A stretch of 64,000 bases of DNA. Origin: Candidatus Hydrogenedens sp. (GTDB lineage: Bacteria; Hydrogenedentota; Hydrogenedentia; Hydrogenedentales; Hydrogenedentaceae). The DNA lies in contig JBMFRC010000012.1 in the NCBI GenBank assembly GCA_049968235.1, positions 1 through 64,000 on the forward strand, in the 5' to 3' direction. The position numbers were made by a program, and so were the translations under genes. This document shows, piece by piece, positions 1-10,365 of the stretch (position 1 is its first letter; each line of letters begins with the position of its first letter). The notes under the pieces are model-generated. The model was not told the DNA's origin, did not search any database, and saw only the letters and a list, made by a program, of their open reading frames with translations.

Positions 1-2396
1 CTGAGATAATACATGAAGAAGAATTTACTAGAAAAACATCTGGAGAAGAAGCAAAGAAAAAAAAGAAAGCAAAAGAACAAAATATTGGGATTAGTATTGG
101 AGCAGCTGTAGAAGAAGAACCTGTTGTAGAGATTGTACTTTCTGATGGCACAAGGGCTCGTATTGATGATATTGATTTAGAACAAAAGTTATCAGCAACA
201 CACCCCCCAGAAGATATAACAGCCGAAGAAACAGATGTTATTGATGAAGGGGACGAGTATGAACTCGATTGGTATAAGAAACGTAAGAAATTAATAAAAC
301 ATCCCCCTATACCTGACCCTGAGGTGGTAGCAAAAGTAAAGAAGGAGTCTGAGGAACGATTAAGGAAGAAAAAAGAGAAAAATAAAGGGAAAAGTGTTGT
401 TGTAATAGATAAAGAAACATTATTTGCTAGGAAAGATGAACGAAAAGGAAAATTCGATAAAAAAGATAAGAAGAAAGGAAAATTGGCAAAACATGAACTC
501 CTAATGGATGATGAAACAATGTTAAAAGAGGCGGCTGCAGCAGTAAAAGAATTCGAAACTTTTGGTTCATCTCTTCATTTGAAGAAGCGAAAAAAGAGAA
601 AGGAAAAAACATCATCTTTTGATGAAACTATGGAAAAAATTGAAGTTCCAGTTATAGAAGTCTCCGGTCCCATGACCGTTGAAAATGTTGCACAGTTGTT
701 AGAAGTATCATCGTCCGATATTATTATGGACCTGATGGACTTAAATATAATGGCAAATAAAAATCAATTAATTGACCTGGACACTATCCGATTTATTACT
801 AAAAAATACGGTGTGGAAGTGCAGTTAGTAATTCCGGAAGAAGAAGAAGTTTTATTAGAAGAACCGGACAATCCCGAAGATTTAGTCCCCAGAGCCCCTG
901 TTATAACAGTAATGGGACATGTTGACCATGGAAAAACATCATTGTTAGATAAAGTTCGTTCTTCCAATGTAGTTGCTACAGAATCTGGAGGAATTACGCA
1001 ACATATCGCCGCATATGAAGTTCAAACATCCAGCGGTAAAGTTGTTTTTCTTGATACTCCGGGGCATGAAGCCTTTACACAAATGCGGGCAAGAGGTGCA
1101 AAAATTACAGATATTGTAGTCCTTGTTGTTGCAGCAGATGACGGAGTTCAACCTCAAACAATAGAAGCCATTGACCATGCAAAGGCAGCCGAGGTACCAA
1201 TTATAGTGGCAATAAATAAATGTGATAAACCCGATGCCCAGCCCGACCGTGTGCGTCAGGAATTAATTGCTTATGACCTCGTGGATGAAGCATGGGGGGG
1301 GAAAACAATAATGAAAAATATTTCTGCCAAAACAGGGGAAGGAGTAAACGAACTTCTAGAACTTATTATATTGCAATCTCAAATGATGGAACTTAAAGCA
1401 AACCCCAAAAAAAGAGCGAGAGGTTCTATTATTGAAGCCGAAATAAGCCGTGGTTTCGGACCTGTAGCGTGGGTTTTGGTGCAAAATGGAACTTTACATG
1501 TCGGAGATGTATGTCTTGCCGGATGTACTTGGGGAAGAATCCGAGCCATGTTCAATTCACAACAGGAACCTATCCGTGAAGCCCCCCCATCAACCCCCGT
1601 TTTAATATCCGGATTAGAATCAGTTCCAGAAGCAGGAGATACTTTTGTCGTCATAGAAGATGATAGAAAAGCAAGATTAATTGCAGAAAAAAGACAAGAA
1701 ATTAAAAAATTCCAGACAGGTGAAACGGCAAAAATTATTACTCTTGAAGATTTCCATTCACTGGTCGAAGCAGGAGAACAAAAGAAACTAAATATTCTTA
1801 TTAAAGCGGATGTGCAGGGTTCTGCAGATGTCTTGAAATCAAGTTTATCAGGATTAGGTAATGAAGAAGTTGGAGTTGAAATAATCCGTTCCAGTGTAGG
1901 CGAAGTAAACGAGTCAGATATACTGTTAGCTCAAGTAAGCAAAGCCATTATAGTAACTTTCCATGTGGGAATAAATCCCCGTGCTCAGAAATTAGCCGAA
2001 GAAACAGGTGTAGAAATACGCAAATATGAAGTTATTTACGATATTATAGAAGATGTAAGAAAAGCTTTATCAGGGCTGTTAAAACCTATTGTTAATGAAG
2101 TAGTAATAGGGCATGCAGAAATTCGTAAAGTATTCCGTTCCTCTTCATTCGGCAATATTGCAGGTTGTTTCCAACTGGATGGAACAACCATTCGAGGTGC
2201 TTTGGCTCGTATTATTCGTGATGGAAATGTCTTATGTGAAGATAAGATTGGTTCTTTGAAACGAAATAAAGATGATGTTCGTGAAGTTTCTGCTGGTTTC
2301 GAATGTGGAATAAAATTAGAGAAATTTGAAGACATTAGGGAAGGGGATATTATTGAAGTTTACAGGTTAGAAGAAGTAAGACCTTCCTTAAACTGA
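1..2396 (+). CDS. infB: Translation initiation factor IF-2, 5'-truncated by the window edge. The frame is open from nt 3 upstream of the tracked GTG at 324.
   Basis: The frame-0 reading is unbroken from the window start. The GTP-binding region reads [17 protein letters not shown]...[10 protein letters not shown]...NKCD, and the C-terminal IF-2 domains follow. The synteny with DUF503 and rbfA fits. Confidence 0.93.
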   Translation, partial: EIIHEEEFTRKTSGEEAKKKKKAKEQNIGISIGAAVEEEPVVEIVLSDGTRARIDDIDLEQKLSATHPPEDITAEETDVIDEGDEYELDWYKKRKKLIKHPPIPDPEVVAKVKKESEERLRKKKEKNKGKSVVVIDKETLFARKDERKGKFDKKDKKKGKLAKHELLMDDETMLKEAAAAVKEFETFGSSLHLKKRKKRKEKTSSFDETMEKIEVPVIEVSGPMTVENVAQLLEVSSSDIIMDLMDLNIMANKNQLIDLDTIRFITKKYGVEVQLVIPEEEEVLLEEPDNPEDLVPRAPVITVMGHVDHGKTSLLDKVRSSNVVATESGGITQHIAAYEVQTSSGKVVFLDTPGHEAFTQMRARGAKITDIVVLVVAADDGVQPQTIEAIDHAKAAEVPIIVAINKCDKPDAQPDRVRQELIAYDLVDEAWGGKTIMKNISAKTGEGVNELLELIILQSQMMELKANPKKRARGSIIEAEISRGFGPVAWVLVQNGTLHVGDVCLAGCTWGRIRAMFNSQQEPIREAPPSTPVLISGLESVPEAGDTFVVIEDDRKARLIAEKRQEIKKFQTGETAKIITLEDFHSLVEAGEQKKLNILIKADVQGSADVLKSSLSGLGNEEVGVEIIRSSVGEVNESDILLAQVSKAIIVTFHVGINPRAQKLAEETGVEIRKYEVIYDIIEDVRKALSGLLKPIVNEVVIGHAEIRKVFRSSSFGNIAGCFQLDGTTIRGALARIIRDGNVLCEDKIGSLKRNKDDVREVSAGFECGIKLEKFEDIREGDIIEVYRLEEVRPSLN

Positions 2397-2452
2397 TTAT
2401 AATGAATAAAAATTAAACAGAGGAGATTGGTTTTGGGGTAGCAATAGGTATA

Positions 2453-2719
2453 TTGCATTTAGATTTTTTTATACACGGTGCCAGGTCCTTAAAGGAAAAA
2501 CGGCGCGTTGTAAAAAGTTTGATTGGTCAGATACGAAATAAATTCAATTGCTCTATTGCAGAGACAGATTATCTCGATTTATGGCAAAGAGCCCATATTA
2601 CCGTTTGTGTAGTTTCAAATAAAAATAAATTTACAAATACCCAATTAAATGAAATTGCAAAATATGCATCAACACATGCAGATGCAGAAATACTGGATTA
2701 TAGGATTGAGATGTTATGA
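2453..2719 (+). CDS. DUF503-family small protein (YlxP-like) of the nusA-infB-rbfA cluster
   Basis: 88 aa, sitting between infB and rbfA as is typical for DUF503. Only the size and position support this call. Confidence 0.6.
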   Translation: MHLDFFIHGARSLKEKRRVVKSLIGQIRNKFNCSIAETDYLDLWQRAHITVCVVSNKNKFTNTQLNEIAKYASTHADAEILDYRIEML

Positions 2720-4059
2720 CACCCAAAGGAAGAACAGAAAGAGTAGCCGAATACATTCGAGAAGAAATTGCTAAACTTTTAATTGATGGAATAAAAGATC
2801 CCCGATTGGGTTTTGTTTCTGTAATGGGGGTAAAGATGTCAAAAGATTTACGATATGCGAATGTGTATGTAAGTCTTTACGGGGACGAAAAACAGCGGAA
2901 AAGTTCACTGATAGCCTTACAAAATTCAGCAGGTTGGGTAAAAGCCATGATTTCTCAGAATCTCCACATGAGATATATTCCCGACATACGCTTTTTCCCT
3001 GATGACAGTCTGGATAGAGTTTATGCGATGGAAGAAGTTTTTAGTATGATTCATCAAAAAAAGATAGAACAACCCTTTATAAAATTAGACCTATCTACAG
3101 TTATCGAAGAAATAAAATCTTCAGACCGTATTATGATAACAACACATGAAAGACCTGATGGAGACGCTCTGGGAAGCCTTATAGGTCTCTGGTATTGGTT
3201 AGAGTCGCAAGGGAAAAGTCAAATAATTCCATTAATAGAGAAACCTGTCCCTAAAATGTATTCATTTCTTCCGAGAGCCAATAAAATATATCATTTAGAA
3301 GATGAAAAACTTCCACGAATTGATGTGGATACTGTAATTATTGTAGATGTCGCATCATTAGAAAGAATTGGAGGAGTTTCCGAGAAGGTTCAAGCAAAAC
3401 ATAAGGTATTGGTTATTGACCATCATGAGACATTAGAAAATAATGGTTTAATGGGTTTTGCGGATCCCTCTTATGCTGCTTGTGGAGAAATTATCGCAGA
3501 ATTGTTTATTAACACAGAAACACCTTTTACCGAAGAATCAGCCACTTGTTTATATGTAGCACAGGCAACAGATACAGGAGGTTACCGATTTTCTAATACA
3601 AATGCGCGTTCCCATAGAATTGCCTCCTCCCTGATGGAAGCAAAATTTGACCTTGAAGAAATAAATGCAAAAATATTTGATACAATATCTATCCCTCAAT
3701 TTGAATTGCTAAAAAGAATGTTAAGTAGAACAAAATTAGAAGTTCAAGGAAAGGTATCTTATAGTTATTTAACGCAGAAAGATTTCCAACAAATTGGAGC
3801 AACAATAGAAGATTGTCATAATTTAGTAAATACTCTGAGAGATATAGAAGGTGTTTCAATAGGGATATTATTCACAGAGGTAAATTCCGAAAAAATAAAG
3901 ATTAGTATTCGTTCTCGAAAACATTTCCATGCAGGCGAATTTCTAACTAAATATGGAGGTGGTGGGCATCGTTGTGCAGCAGGTGGAACCTTAAATTTAC
4001 CATTGGAAAAAGCGATAGAAGAAATACTACAGGCAATTGAAAGAGAAATGAATGGATAG
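2716..4059 (+). CDS. rbfA: Fusion protein: N-terminal ribosome-binding factor A (RbfA) with a C-terminal DHH/DHHA1 phosphoesterase (NrnA-like nanoRNase / pAp phosphatase)
   Basis: The N-terminus, EYIREEIAKLL...DPRLGFVSVMGVKMSKDLRYANVYVS, is RbfA-like. From about residue 130 a DHH domain begins (HERPDGDALGS, VIDHHE) and is followed by a DHHA1 GGGGH motif (KYGGGGHRCAAGG). It is one uninterrupted 447-aa ORF. Its start overlaps the DUF503 stop (ATGA). Confidence 0.82.
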   Translation: MTPKGRTERVAEYIREEIAKLLIDGIKDPRLGFVSVMGVKMSKDLRYANVYVSLYGDEKQRKSSLIALQNSAGWVKAMISQNLHMRYIPDIRFFPDDSLDRVYAMEEVFSMIHQKKIEQPFIKLDLSTVIEEIKSSDRIMITTHERPDGDALGSLIGLWYWLESQGKSQIIPLIEKPVPKMYSFLPRANKIYHLEDEKLPRIDVDTVIIVDVASLERIGGVSEKVQAKHKVLVIDHHETLENNGLMGFADPSYAACGEIIAELFINTETPFTEESATCLYVAQATDTGGYRFSNTNARSHRIASSLMEAKFDLEEINAKIFDTISIPQFELLKRMLSRTKLEVQGKVSYSYLTQKDFQQIGATIEDCHNLVNTLRDIEGVSIGILFTEVNSEKIKISIRSRKHFHAGEFLTKYGGGGHRCAAGGTLNLPLEKAIEEILQAIEREMNG

Positions 4060-4963
4060 AGTTAATAAGGTATTTATGAATGGAATTCTATTAATAGATA
4101 AACCTTCAGGAATAACCTCTCACGATGTTGTAGATTATATAAGAAAAAAAACAGGAATAAAAAGAATCGGTCATACTGGAACATTAGACCCCAATGCTAC
4201 TGGACTGCTTATTCTATGCTTAGGTAAAGCAACAAAATTATCCGAGTATTTTGTAGATTTAGACAAGACTTATGAGGGGAAAATGCGATTGGGTCTGGTC
4301 TCAGACTCGCATGATATCGATGGAAATATCAAAGAAAAGAATACATGGGAAGATATATCCGAAAATAAAATAAAAAAATATATTTCCCAATTTGTGGGAG
4401 AGTTAGAACAAATTCCTCCGATGGTTAGTGCTATAAAAGTAGGAGGAAAAAGGTTATATAAAATGGCAAGAGAAGGTTTGACTGTAGAAAGGGAAGCAAG
4501 AAAAGTTATTGTCTATGAATTTTTAGTGCTTAAAATAGAATTGCCGGATATATGGTTTCGGGTATCCTGTTCTAGAGGTACTTATGTTCGAACTTTATGC
4601 CATGATTTCGGACAGAAGATAGGATGTGGAGCGATTCTTACAGAACTTAAAAGAACAAAAATTGGAAACTATAGTGTTGAAAATGCAATTCCTCTTGAAA
4701 CACTTGAAACAAAAGAAGAAATTCAAAAACAACTTATAAATATAGAACAATCTCTCGATTTACCGCGTGTTATTCTTTCATCTTTTGGGGAAAATTTATT
4801 TGTTCATGGAAACAAAGTTCAGTCTGACGAGATTTTAGAAATGAAGGATGGAACTAAAGAACTTGTTCAGGTGTTTAATAAACAAGGTATATTTTTAGGA
4901 GTTGCAAGTGTTACACGAACCGCTGTAGGTCCTTCCCTCATCCCCAAAAAAGTATTTATCTAA
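4052..4963 (+). CDS. truB: tRNA pseudouridine(55) synthase
   Basis: The protein contains GILLIDKPSGITSHDVV and HTGTLDPNATGLLILCLGKATK, with the catalytic Asp motif. It overlaps the upstream gene by 8 nt. Confidence 0.93.
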   Translation: MDRVNKVFMNGILLIDKPSGITSHDVVDYIRKKTGIKRIGHTGTLDPNATGLLILCLGKATKLSEYFVDLDKTYEGKMRLGLVSDSHDIDGNIKEKNTWEDISENKIKKYISQFVGELEQIPPMVSAIKVGGKRLYKMAREGLTVEREARKVIVYEFLVLKIELPDIWFRVSCSRGTYVRTLCHDFGQKIGCGAILTELKRTKIGNYSVENAIPLETLETKEEIQKQLINIEQSLDLPRVILSSFGENLFVHGNKVQSDEILEMKDGTKELVQVFNKQGIFLGVASVTRTAVGPSLIPKKVFI

Positions 4964-4974
4964 GTGAAGATAAT

Positions 4975-5922
4975 ATGATAATCATTGAAGATATACGCAA
5001 GACAAAAATAAAAGATAACAATGTTGTCCTAACAATAGGTAGTTTTGACGGTGTTCATTTGGGCCATCTCGAAATATTAAAAGAGGTAGTATCTTTAGCC
5101 CACATTAATAATGGAACTCCATGCGTTATGGTGCTTCGCCCTCATCCCCGAACTTATTTTTCTCCAACCATTCCCTTAAAAATACTTACAAGTGATGAAA
5201 AACAACAAAGTTTATTCAGTCAAAATGGAATTGAAATTACAACCATTCTTCCATTTAATCAAGAAACAGCTAATTTATCTGCCGAAGAGTTTATAACAAA
5301 AATCCTACTTAACTTTGAACATCTCTATGCAGTAGTAGTAGGGCATGATTTCCGATTTGGGAAGAATGCCGAAGGGGATTTCAATTTATTAAAAAGATAT
5401 GGGAAAAAATATGAATTTAAAGTAAAACAAATACCTCCCTTAATTATTCAAGGAGAAAGAGTCAGTAGTTCTCTTATAAGAGAATTGGTGTTAGATGGAG
5501 AAATGGGAAAAATAATTGATTTTTTAGGGAGAAGATATTCTCTTTCAGGAAGAGTAATAAAAGGGAGAGGGATAGGTCAACAATTAGGTTTCCCCACTGC
5601 TAACATTGTACCATTTCATAGTGCCATTCCTCCACATGGCGTTTATTCTGCTGAATGTGTATTAGAAGATGGAAGGATTTTCCCTTCTGCTGTAAATATC
5701 GGAATTGCCCCTACCATCCGACAAGAGGATTTCGCAATTGAAGCCCATATAATTGATTTTAATGAAGAAATATTAAACAAGAAGATAGAAATCGTTTTTC
5801 ATAAACACATAAGACCTGAAAAGAAATTTGCCAGTCGAGAAGAACTTATACAAGCCATCCGGGAAGATGTGGAAAATATTAGACAGTATTTTAGTGGAAA
5901 TATGAATTCTATAAAACCATAG
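4975..5922 (+). CDS. ribF: Bifunctional riboflavin kinase / FMN adenylyltransferase
   Basis: GSFDGVHLGHLEIL marks the nucleotidyltransferase domain. The C-terminal riboflavin kinase domain carries GRVIKGRGIGQQLGFPTANI. Confidence 0.9.
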   Translation: MIIIEDIRKTKIKDNNVVLTIGSFDGVHLGHLEILKEVVSLAHINNGTPCVMVLRPHPRTYFSPTIPLKILTSDEKQQSLFSQNGIEITTILPFNQETANLSAEEFITKILLNFEHLYAVVVGHDFRFGKNAEGDFNLLKRYGKKYEFKVKQIPPLIIQGERVSSSLIRELVLDGEMGKIIDFLGRRYSLSGRVIKGRGIGQQLGFPTANIVPFHSAIPPHGVYSAECVLEDGRIFPSAVNIGIAPTIRQEDFAIEAHIIDFNEEILNKKIEIVFHKHIRPEKKFASREELIQAIREDVENIRQYFSGNMNSIKP

Positions 5923-5967
5923 TAGGAATAAAACAGTCTTTATACAAAACATCAAATAGAAAAGACC

Positions 5968-7809
5968 ATGACAAAACAAAATCAAATTCTAAATATATCA
6001 AAGATATTGCTGGTTTTATCTATGTGTGTAATTATAGCACTGTCCCTTTCTTCCTGTTCTAAAGATAGATACAAAAAATCTGCTGATAAAGAAGCACTCC
6101 AAATAATTAAAGCAAAAAGTGAAGAAGTTCCGGGTATGTTAAAAGATTTTAGTATAGAAACAAAACAGGATTATAAACCATTAGAAAATCTGCCCATATA
6201 TATAGAAACTGATGAAGCCTTTGGATCGAGTAAAAATCAATCTCAGGAATATTACTTGCTTTCCCTTGAAAAAGCACTTGAAATAGCAATGAATTGTAGT
6301 AGGGAATATCTAACACGGAAAGAGACATTATATCTTTCTGCACTGAGTTTGACTTTAGAAAGATATAAATATACTCCAATATTTTCCAATAAAAATAAAG
6401 TTAGTGTTGCCCAGCAAACCTATGATAAAAATATTCCTTCGGATTATACCCGTGCATTAGATGCTTTAGAAACATCAATACCCAATATCCATGCTCTTAC
6501 AGGGACATCAGCACAATTATTAAGACAGTATCATCAAATATTAGAGCAAGCGGGAGATGTCGCAGGATGGACAAAACCGGATGTTGAAATAGTAGATAGA
6601 CAATCTGCAAAAGGTTCCTTGCAAACAGGGGTATCAATGCTGTTACTAGGGGGAGGAAGATTGGCTTTACAACTAACCAACAACTTCTTCCGATTTTTAA
6701 ACAGTAATGCTAATGAAGAAGCAGGAAGTATTTTATCTTCTTCGTTTACACAACCTTTATGGAGAGGAAGAGGCAGGCAGATTTCTGCAGAACGATTAAC
6801 ACAAGCAGAGAGAGATGTCTTATATGATTTGCGCGATTTTACCCGATATCGCCAGGAGTTTGTAGTTCGAATATGTAAAGCCTACTATTCAGTTTTGGAA
6901 CAGCGAGATATTGTAAAAAATAACTATCAAAGTTATTTGAATTTCAAAGCAAGTTATGAGCGTGAAAATGCTTTCGCACAGGAAGGGAGAAAAACTCTAA
7001 CAGAAATTGGTCGTATTCAACAAGCCTTATTGAGTTCAGAAGATACATGGATAAATTCGTTAAGAAGATATAAAGAGTCATTAGATGAATTTAAAATATC
7101 CATTGGTTTATCTACAGATAGTCCCGTAATGCTTGATTCTAATGAATTAGTAAAACTAAAAGAAGAAGGATTAAAACATCCTAAAATTACCGATGATGAA
7201 GCAGTAAAAGTTGCTTTGGTTACACGATTAGAAATATATACACAGAAAGATATTGTGGAAGATGCCGAAAGAAAGATAAAAATTGCAGAAAATGCCCTAA
7301 AACCAGGTGTAGATTTATTTTTAGAAGGAACTGTAACCAATCACGGAAAAACCAATTTTGAAGATTTAGATTTTAGAAGAGGAGTTTATAGTGGTGGAAT
7401 AAATCTCGATTTACCGCTAAACCAGAAAGAAGAAAGAAATGCATACCGAACTGCTTTAATAAATTACGAAAGAGTAAAACGAGAACTATCTTTGAAGGAA
7501 GACGAAGTGAAACTTGATGTTAGAACATCATGGAGAAATCTTGAACAAGCACGTAGAAATTACGAAATAGCCCAAAAAAGTGTCGAACTGAGCCAACGCC
7601 GTGTAGAGGAACAGAATCTACTTGCCGAATTAGGAAGAGCAACAGCATTAGATTTGGTAGATGCCCAGAACGATTTAACAAAAGCACAAAACAATTTAAC
7701 CTCTGCAATAATAGCCCACAATATAGCCCGTCTCGAATTCTGGAAAAATATAGGAATTTTATATATCAAACCAGACGGCAAGTGGGAGGAGATAAAAGAT
7801 GTTAAGTAA
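5968..7809 (+). CDS. TolC-like outer-membrane efflux factor (lipoprotein)
   Basis: It has a signal peptide with an LSSC lipobox. The body is long and alpha-helical, repeat-rich and TolC-like, and the gene heads a four-gene efflux operon. Confidence 0.72.
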   Translation: MTKQNQILNISKILLVLSMCVIIALSLSSCSKDRYKKSADKEALQIIKAKSEEVPGMLKDFSIETKQDYKPLENLPIYIETDEAFGSSKNQSQEYYLLSLEKALEIAMNCSREYLTRKETLYLSALSLTLERYKYTPIFSNKNKVSVAQQTYDKNIPSDYTRALDALETSIPNIHALTGTSAQLLRQYHQILEQAGDVAGWTKPDVEIVDRQSAKGSLQTGVSMLLLGGGRLALQLTNNFFRFLNSNANEEAGSILSSSFTQPLWRGRGRQISAERLTQAERDVLYDLRDFTRYRQEFVVRICKAYYSVLEQRDIVKNNYQSYLNFKASYERENAFAQEGRKTLTEIGRIQQALLSSEDTWINSLRRYKESLDEFKISIGLSTDSPVMLDSNELVKLKEEGLKHPKITDDEAVKVALVTRLEIYTQKDIVEDAERKIKIAENALKPGVDLFLEGTVTNHGKTNFEDLDFRRGVYSGGINLDLPLNQKEERNAYRTALINYERVKRELSLKEDEVKLDVRTSWRNLEQARRNYEIAQKSVELSQRRVEEQNLLAELGRATALDLVDAQNDLTKAQNNLTSAIIAHNIARLEFWKNIGILYIKPDGKWEEIKDVK

Positions 7810-9628
7810 TGTGAAAAATAAAAGAAAAAAATATTGGTGGTTTACAGTTCTATTAGTAATTATAATTGTAATCTTCTATCCTTTTCTTAAAAGAATCTCT
7901 AACAAACCTCAAATGGATGTTAATGTGGTTTTTCCTGTTACTAAAGGAAATTTTGAGGTAACCATTTTAGAAGGGGGAAGTATAGAAGCAAAAGAATCTT
8001 TACAGATTAAATCAGAAGTTCAAGGAGAAACCAAAATATTAAGTATTGTAGAAGAAGGGTATTATATTACTCCGGAAGATGTCCAGGCAGGAAAGGTATT
8101 GGTGGAATTAGATGCTAAAAAATTATTAGACCAGCAAACAGAAGAGGAATTGCGATTTCAGAATGCAAAAGCAAGTTTAGCCAACGCAGAAGAACAATAT
8201 GAAATCCAGAAAAATCAGAACGAAATTGATATTCGACAAAATGAACTGGCTATGAAATTTGCTCGAATGGATATAGAAAAATATTTAGGTATTGATACAA
8301 CAAACGAAATTACAAAAAAAATAGGAATAGATGAAGCAGGTATTCAAAAGTTAATTCTTTTAGAAAAAGAAAAGCATAATACCGGAAATGAAGAAAATGG
8401 ATTGAAAGAAAAGAAGAAAAAAAATGGGAAAGAGAATATCACAGAACCAAATCAAAATAACACTATAAAAAATTCTATTGAAAATAATGAGGGTATAAAT
8501 ATAACTTCTGAAGAAAGAGAAGAGGATAACTCTGCAACACTCCTTATTTCTTCAATAACTTCTGAAGGTATTGACTTTAAAAAATATGCTGATTCCGCAT
8601 TGTTGGGTGATGGTGTCGCCCAACAGACATTACAGAAATATACAACAGATGTGATATTGGCAGAGGAAGATGTAAAACTATCACAGAAAAAATTAGAAGG
8701 GACACGAAGATTATTCGAAAAAGCGTTCGTAACACAAACTGACCTTGAAACCGATGAGTTAACATTAAAAAGAAAGGAGGTCGCATTAGAACAGGCAAAT
8801 ACCAATAAATCCCTTTTTATCCAATATGAATTTCCAAAGCAAGCAGAAAGACTTGTCTCTGAATATATTGAAGCAGTTTGGAAATACATTCGAATACAAA
8901 AACTGGCAATATCGCGTTTAGCACAAGCGGAAGCAAATTTAAACTCAGCAAAAGCCCAATTTGCTCTTGAATCCCGTAAAAAAAGAGAACTTGAAGAACA
9001 AATACAGAAGTGTACTATACGTGCAACCAAACCGGGATTGGTTGTATATGGTGGAGAAGAAGACCGTTTTATGCAAGAACAAATAAAGGAAGGTACTACT
9101 GTGCGGGAAAGACAAATTATAATCACAATACCCGATACCTCTGTGATGCAGGTGCGTTCAAAAATACATGAATCGAACATAAAGAGAGTAAAACAAGGAC
9201 AAAAGGCTAAAATACGGGTAGACGCGTTCCCCGATGAATTATTAACAGGAAAAGTTGAAAAAGTAGCGGTTTTACCCAATGCCCAAAATAGGTGGCTCAA
9301 TCCGGATTTAAAGGTATACGATACATTTATCCTTATAGATGGAACACATTCCTGGTTAAAACCCGGTATGACTGCACAGGTAGAGATACAGATTGCAGAA
9401 CTAAAAGATGTCCTGTATGTGCCATTACAAAGTGTATTTAATATTGACAACCAGCAGGTATGCTATGTGCAAAAAGGAAATGAAATAGAAATGAGGGTTG
9501 TGAAAACAGGTGAATTCAATGACTCTTTTATTGAAATCAAAGAAGGGTTGAAAGAAGGTGAAAAAGTTCTTTTATATACACCGGGCAAATCAATTCCTAC
9601 AAGGACGAAAAAGAATCAGGAAATATAA
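7799..9628 (+). CDS. HlyD/MacA-family periplasmic adaptor (membrane fusion protein) with an unusually long, low-complexity coiled-coil hairpin insert
   Basis: There is an N-terminal TM segment. A lipoyl-like domain, an alpha-hairpin and a beta-barrel are present (KIRVDAFPDELLTGKVEKVAVLPN...LKPGMTAQVEI). At 609 aa it exceeds the usual ~370 aa. Confidence 0.78.
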   Translation: MLSNVKNKRKKYWWFTVLLVIIIVIFYPFLKRISNKPQMDVNVVFPVTKGNFEVTILEGGSIEAKESLQIKSEVQGETKILSIVEEGYYITPEDVQAGKVLVELDAKKLLDQQTEEELRFQNAKASLANAEEQYEIQKNQNEIDIRQNELAMKFARMDIEKYLGIDTTNEITKKIGIDEAGIQKLILLEKEKHNTGNEENGLKEKKKKNGKENITEPNQNNTIKNSIENNEGINITSEEREEDNSATLLISSITSEGIDFKKYADSALLGDGVAQQTLQKYTTDVILAEEDVKLSQKKLEGTRRLFEKAFVTQTDLETDELTLKRKEVALEQANTNKSLFIQYEFPKQAERLVSEYIEAVWKYIRIQKLAISRLAQAEANLNSAKAQFALESRKKRELEEQIQKCTIRATKPGLVVYGGEEDRFMQEQIKEGTTVRERQIIITIPDTSVMQVRSKIHESNIKRVKQGQKAKIRVDAFPDELLTGKVEKVAVLPNAQNRWLNPDLKVYDTFILIDGTHSWLKPGMTAQVEIQIAELKDVLYVPLQSVFNIDNQQVCYVQKGNEIEMRVVKTGEFNDSFIEIKEGLKEGEKVLLYTPGKSIPTRTKKNQEI

Positions 9629-9640
9629 GAAAGGACACCC

Positions 9641-10351
9641 TTGAATAACTGTGTAATAAAATTAGAAGAATTAAGGAAGAATTATAAAATGGGAAGTGTT
9701 GATATTTATGCATTAAGGGGGATAAATATGGAAATATCGGAAGGGGAATTTGTTTGTATTATGGGACCCTCCGGATGTGGAAAGTCCACATTGTTGAATA
9801 TGTTGGGTTGTCTGGACAAACCTACAGAGGGAAAATATTACTTGAATGGTTGCGATATTTCATTACTAGATGATGATACTTTATCCAATATGCGGTGTAA
9901 CTATCTTGGTTTTGTTTTTCAATCCTACAATCTCATTCCACAACTGTCTGTGGTGGAAAATATAGAAATACCCCTATACTATCAGGGTATTTCGCCTAAT
10001 GAAAGTAGAAAAAAAGCAATTGAAATGGCATCACGCGTTGGATTGGCAGAACGGTTATATCATAAACCCACAGAACTTTCCGGTGGTCAGCAACAAAGGG
10101 TAGGTATTGCCCGTGCTTTAGTGAATAATCCATTAGTCATTCTTGCTGATGAACCCACAGGAAATCTGGATTCAAAATCCGGAAAAGAAATTATGAATAT
10201 TTTTATAGAACTTCATACACAGGGGAAAACGGTTATTATGGTAACACACGATGAAAATATAGCTCGATATGGTGAAAGAATCATACGTTTAAAAGATGGC
10301 TTAATAGAAAAAGATGAAAAAGTACTATCAAGAATAGGTGTCTTAACATAA
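9641..10351 (+). CDS. ABC transporter ATP-binding protein (MacB/LolD-like)
   Basis: The Walker A motif is GPSGCGKST. The signature is LSGGQQQRVGIARAL, the Walker B motif is ILADEPTGNLD, and there is an H-loop. Confidence 0.9.
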   Translation: MNNCVIKLEELRKNYKMGSVDIYALRGINMEISEGEFVCIMGPSGCGKSTLLNMLGCLDKPTEGKYYLNGCDISLLDDDTLSNMRCNYLGFVFQSYNLIPQLSVVENIEIPLYYQGISPNESRKKAIEMASRVGLAERLYHKPTELSGGQQQRVGIARALVNNPLVILADEPTGNLDSKSGKEIMNIFIELHTQGKTVIMVTHDENIARYGERIIRLKDGLIEKDEKVLSRIGVLT

Positions 10352-10365
10352 AAAAATAAGAAAAA

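Noticed and set aside
8452-9450. 332-aa minus-strand ORF, plus the 73-aa ORF at 8577..8798, entirely inside the HlyD-like adaptor gene
   Set aside because: They are antisense shadow ORFs within a well-supported CDS. They are low-complexity and Ser/Cys/Phe-rich, with no recognisable motif.
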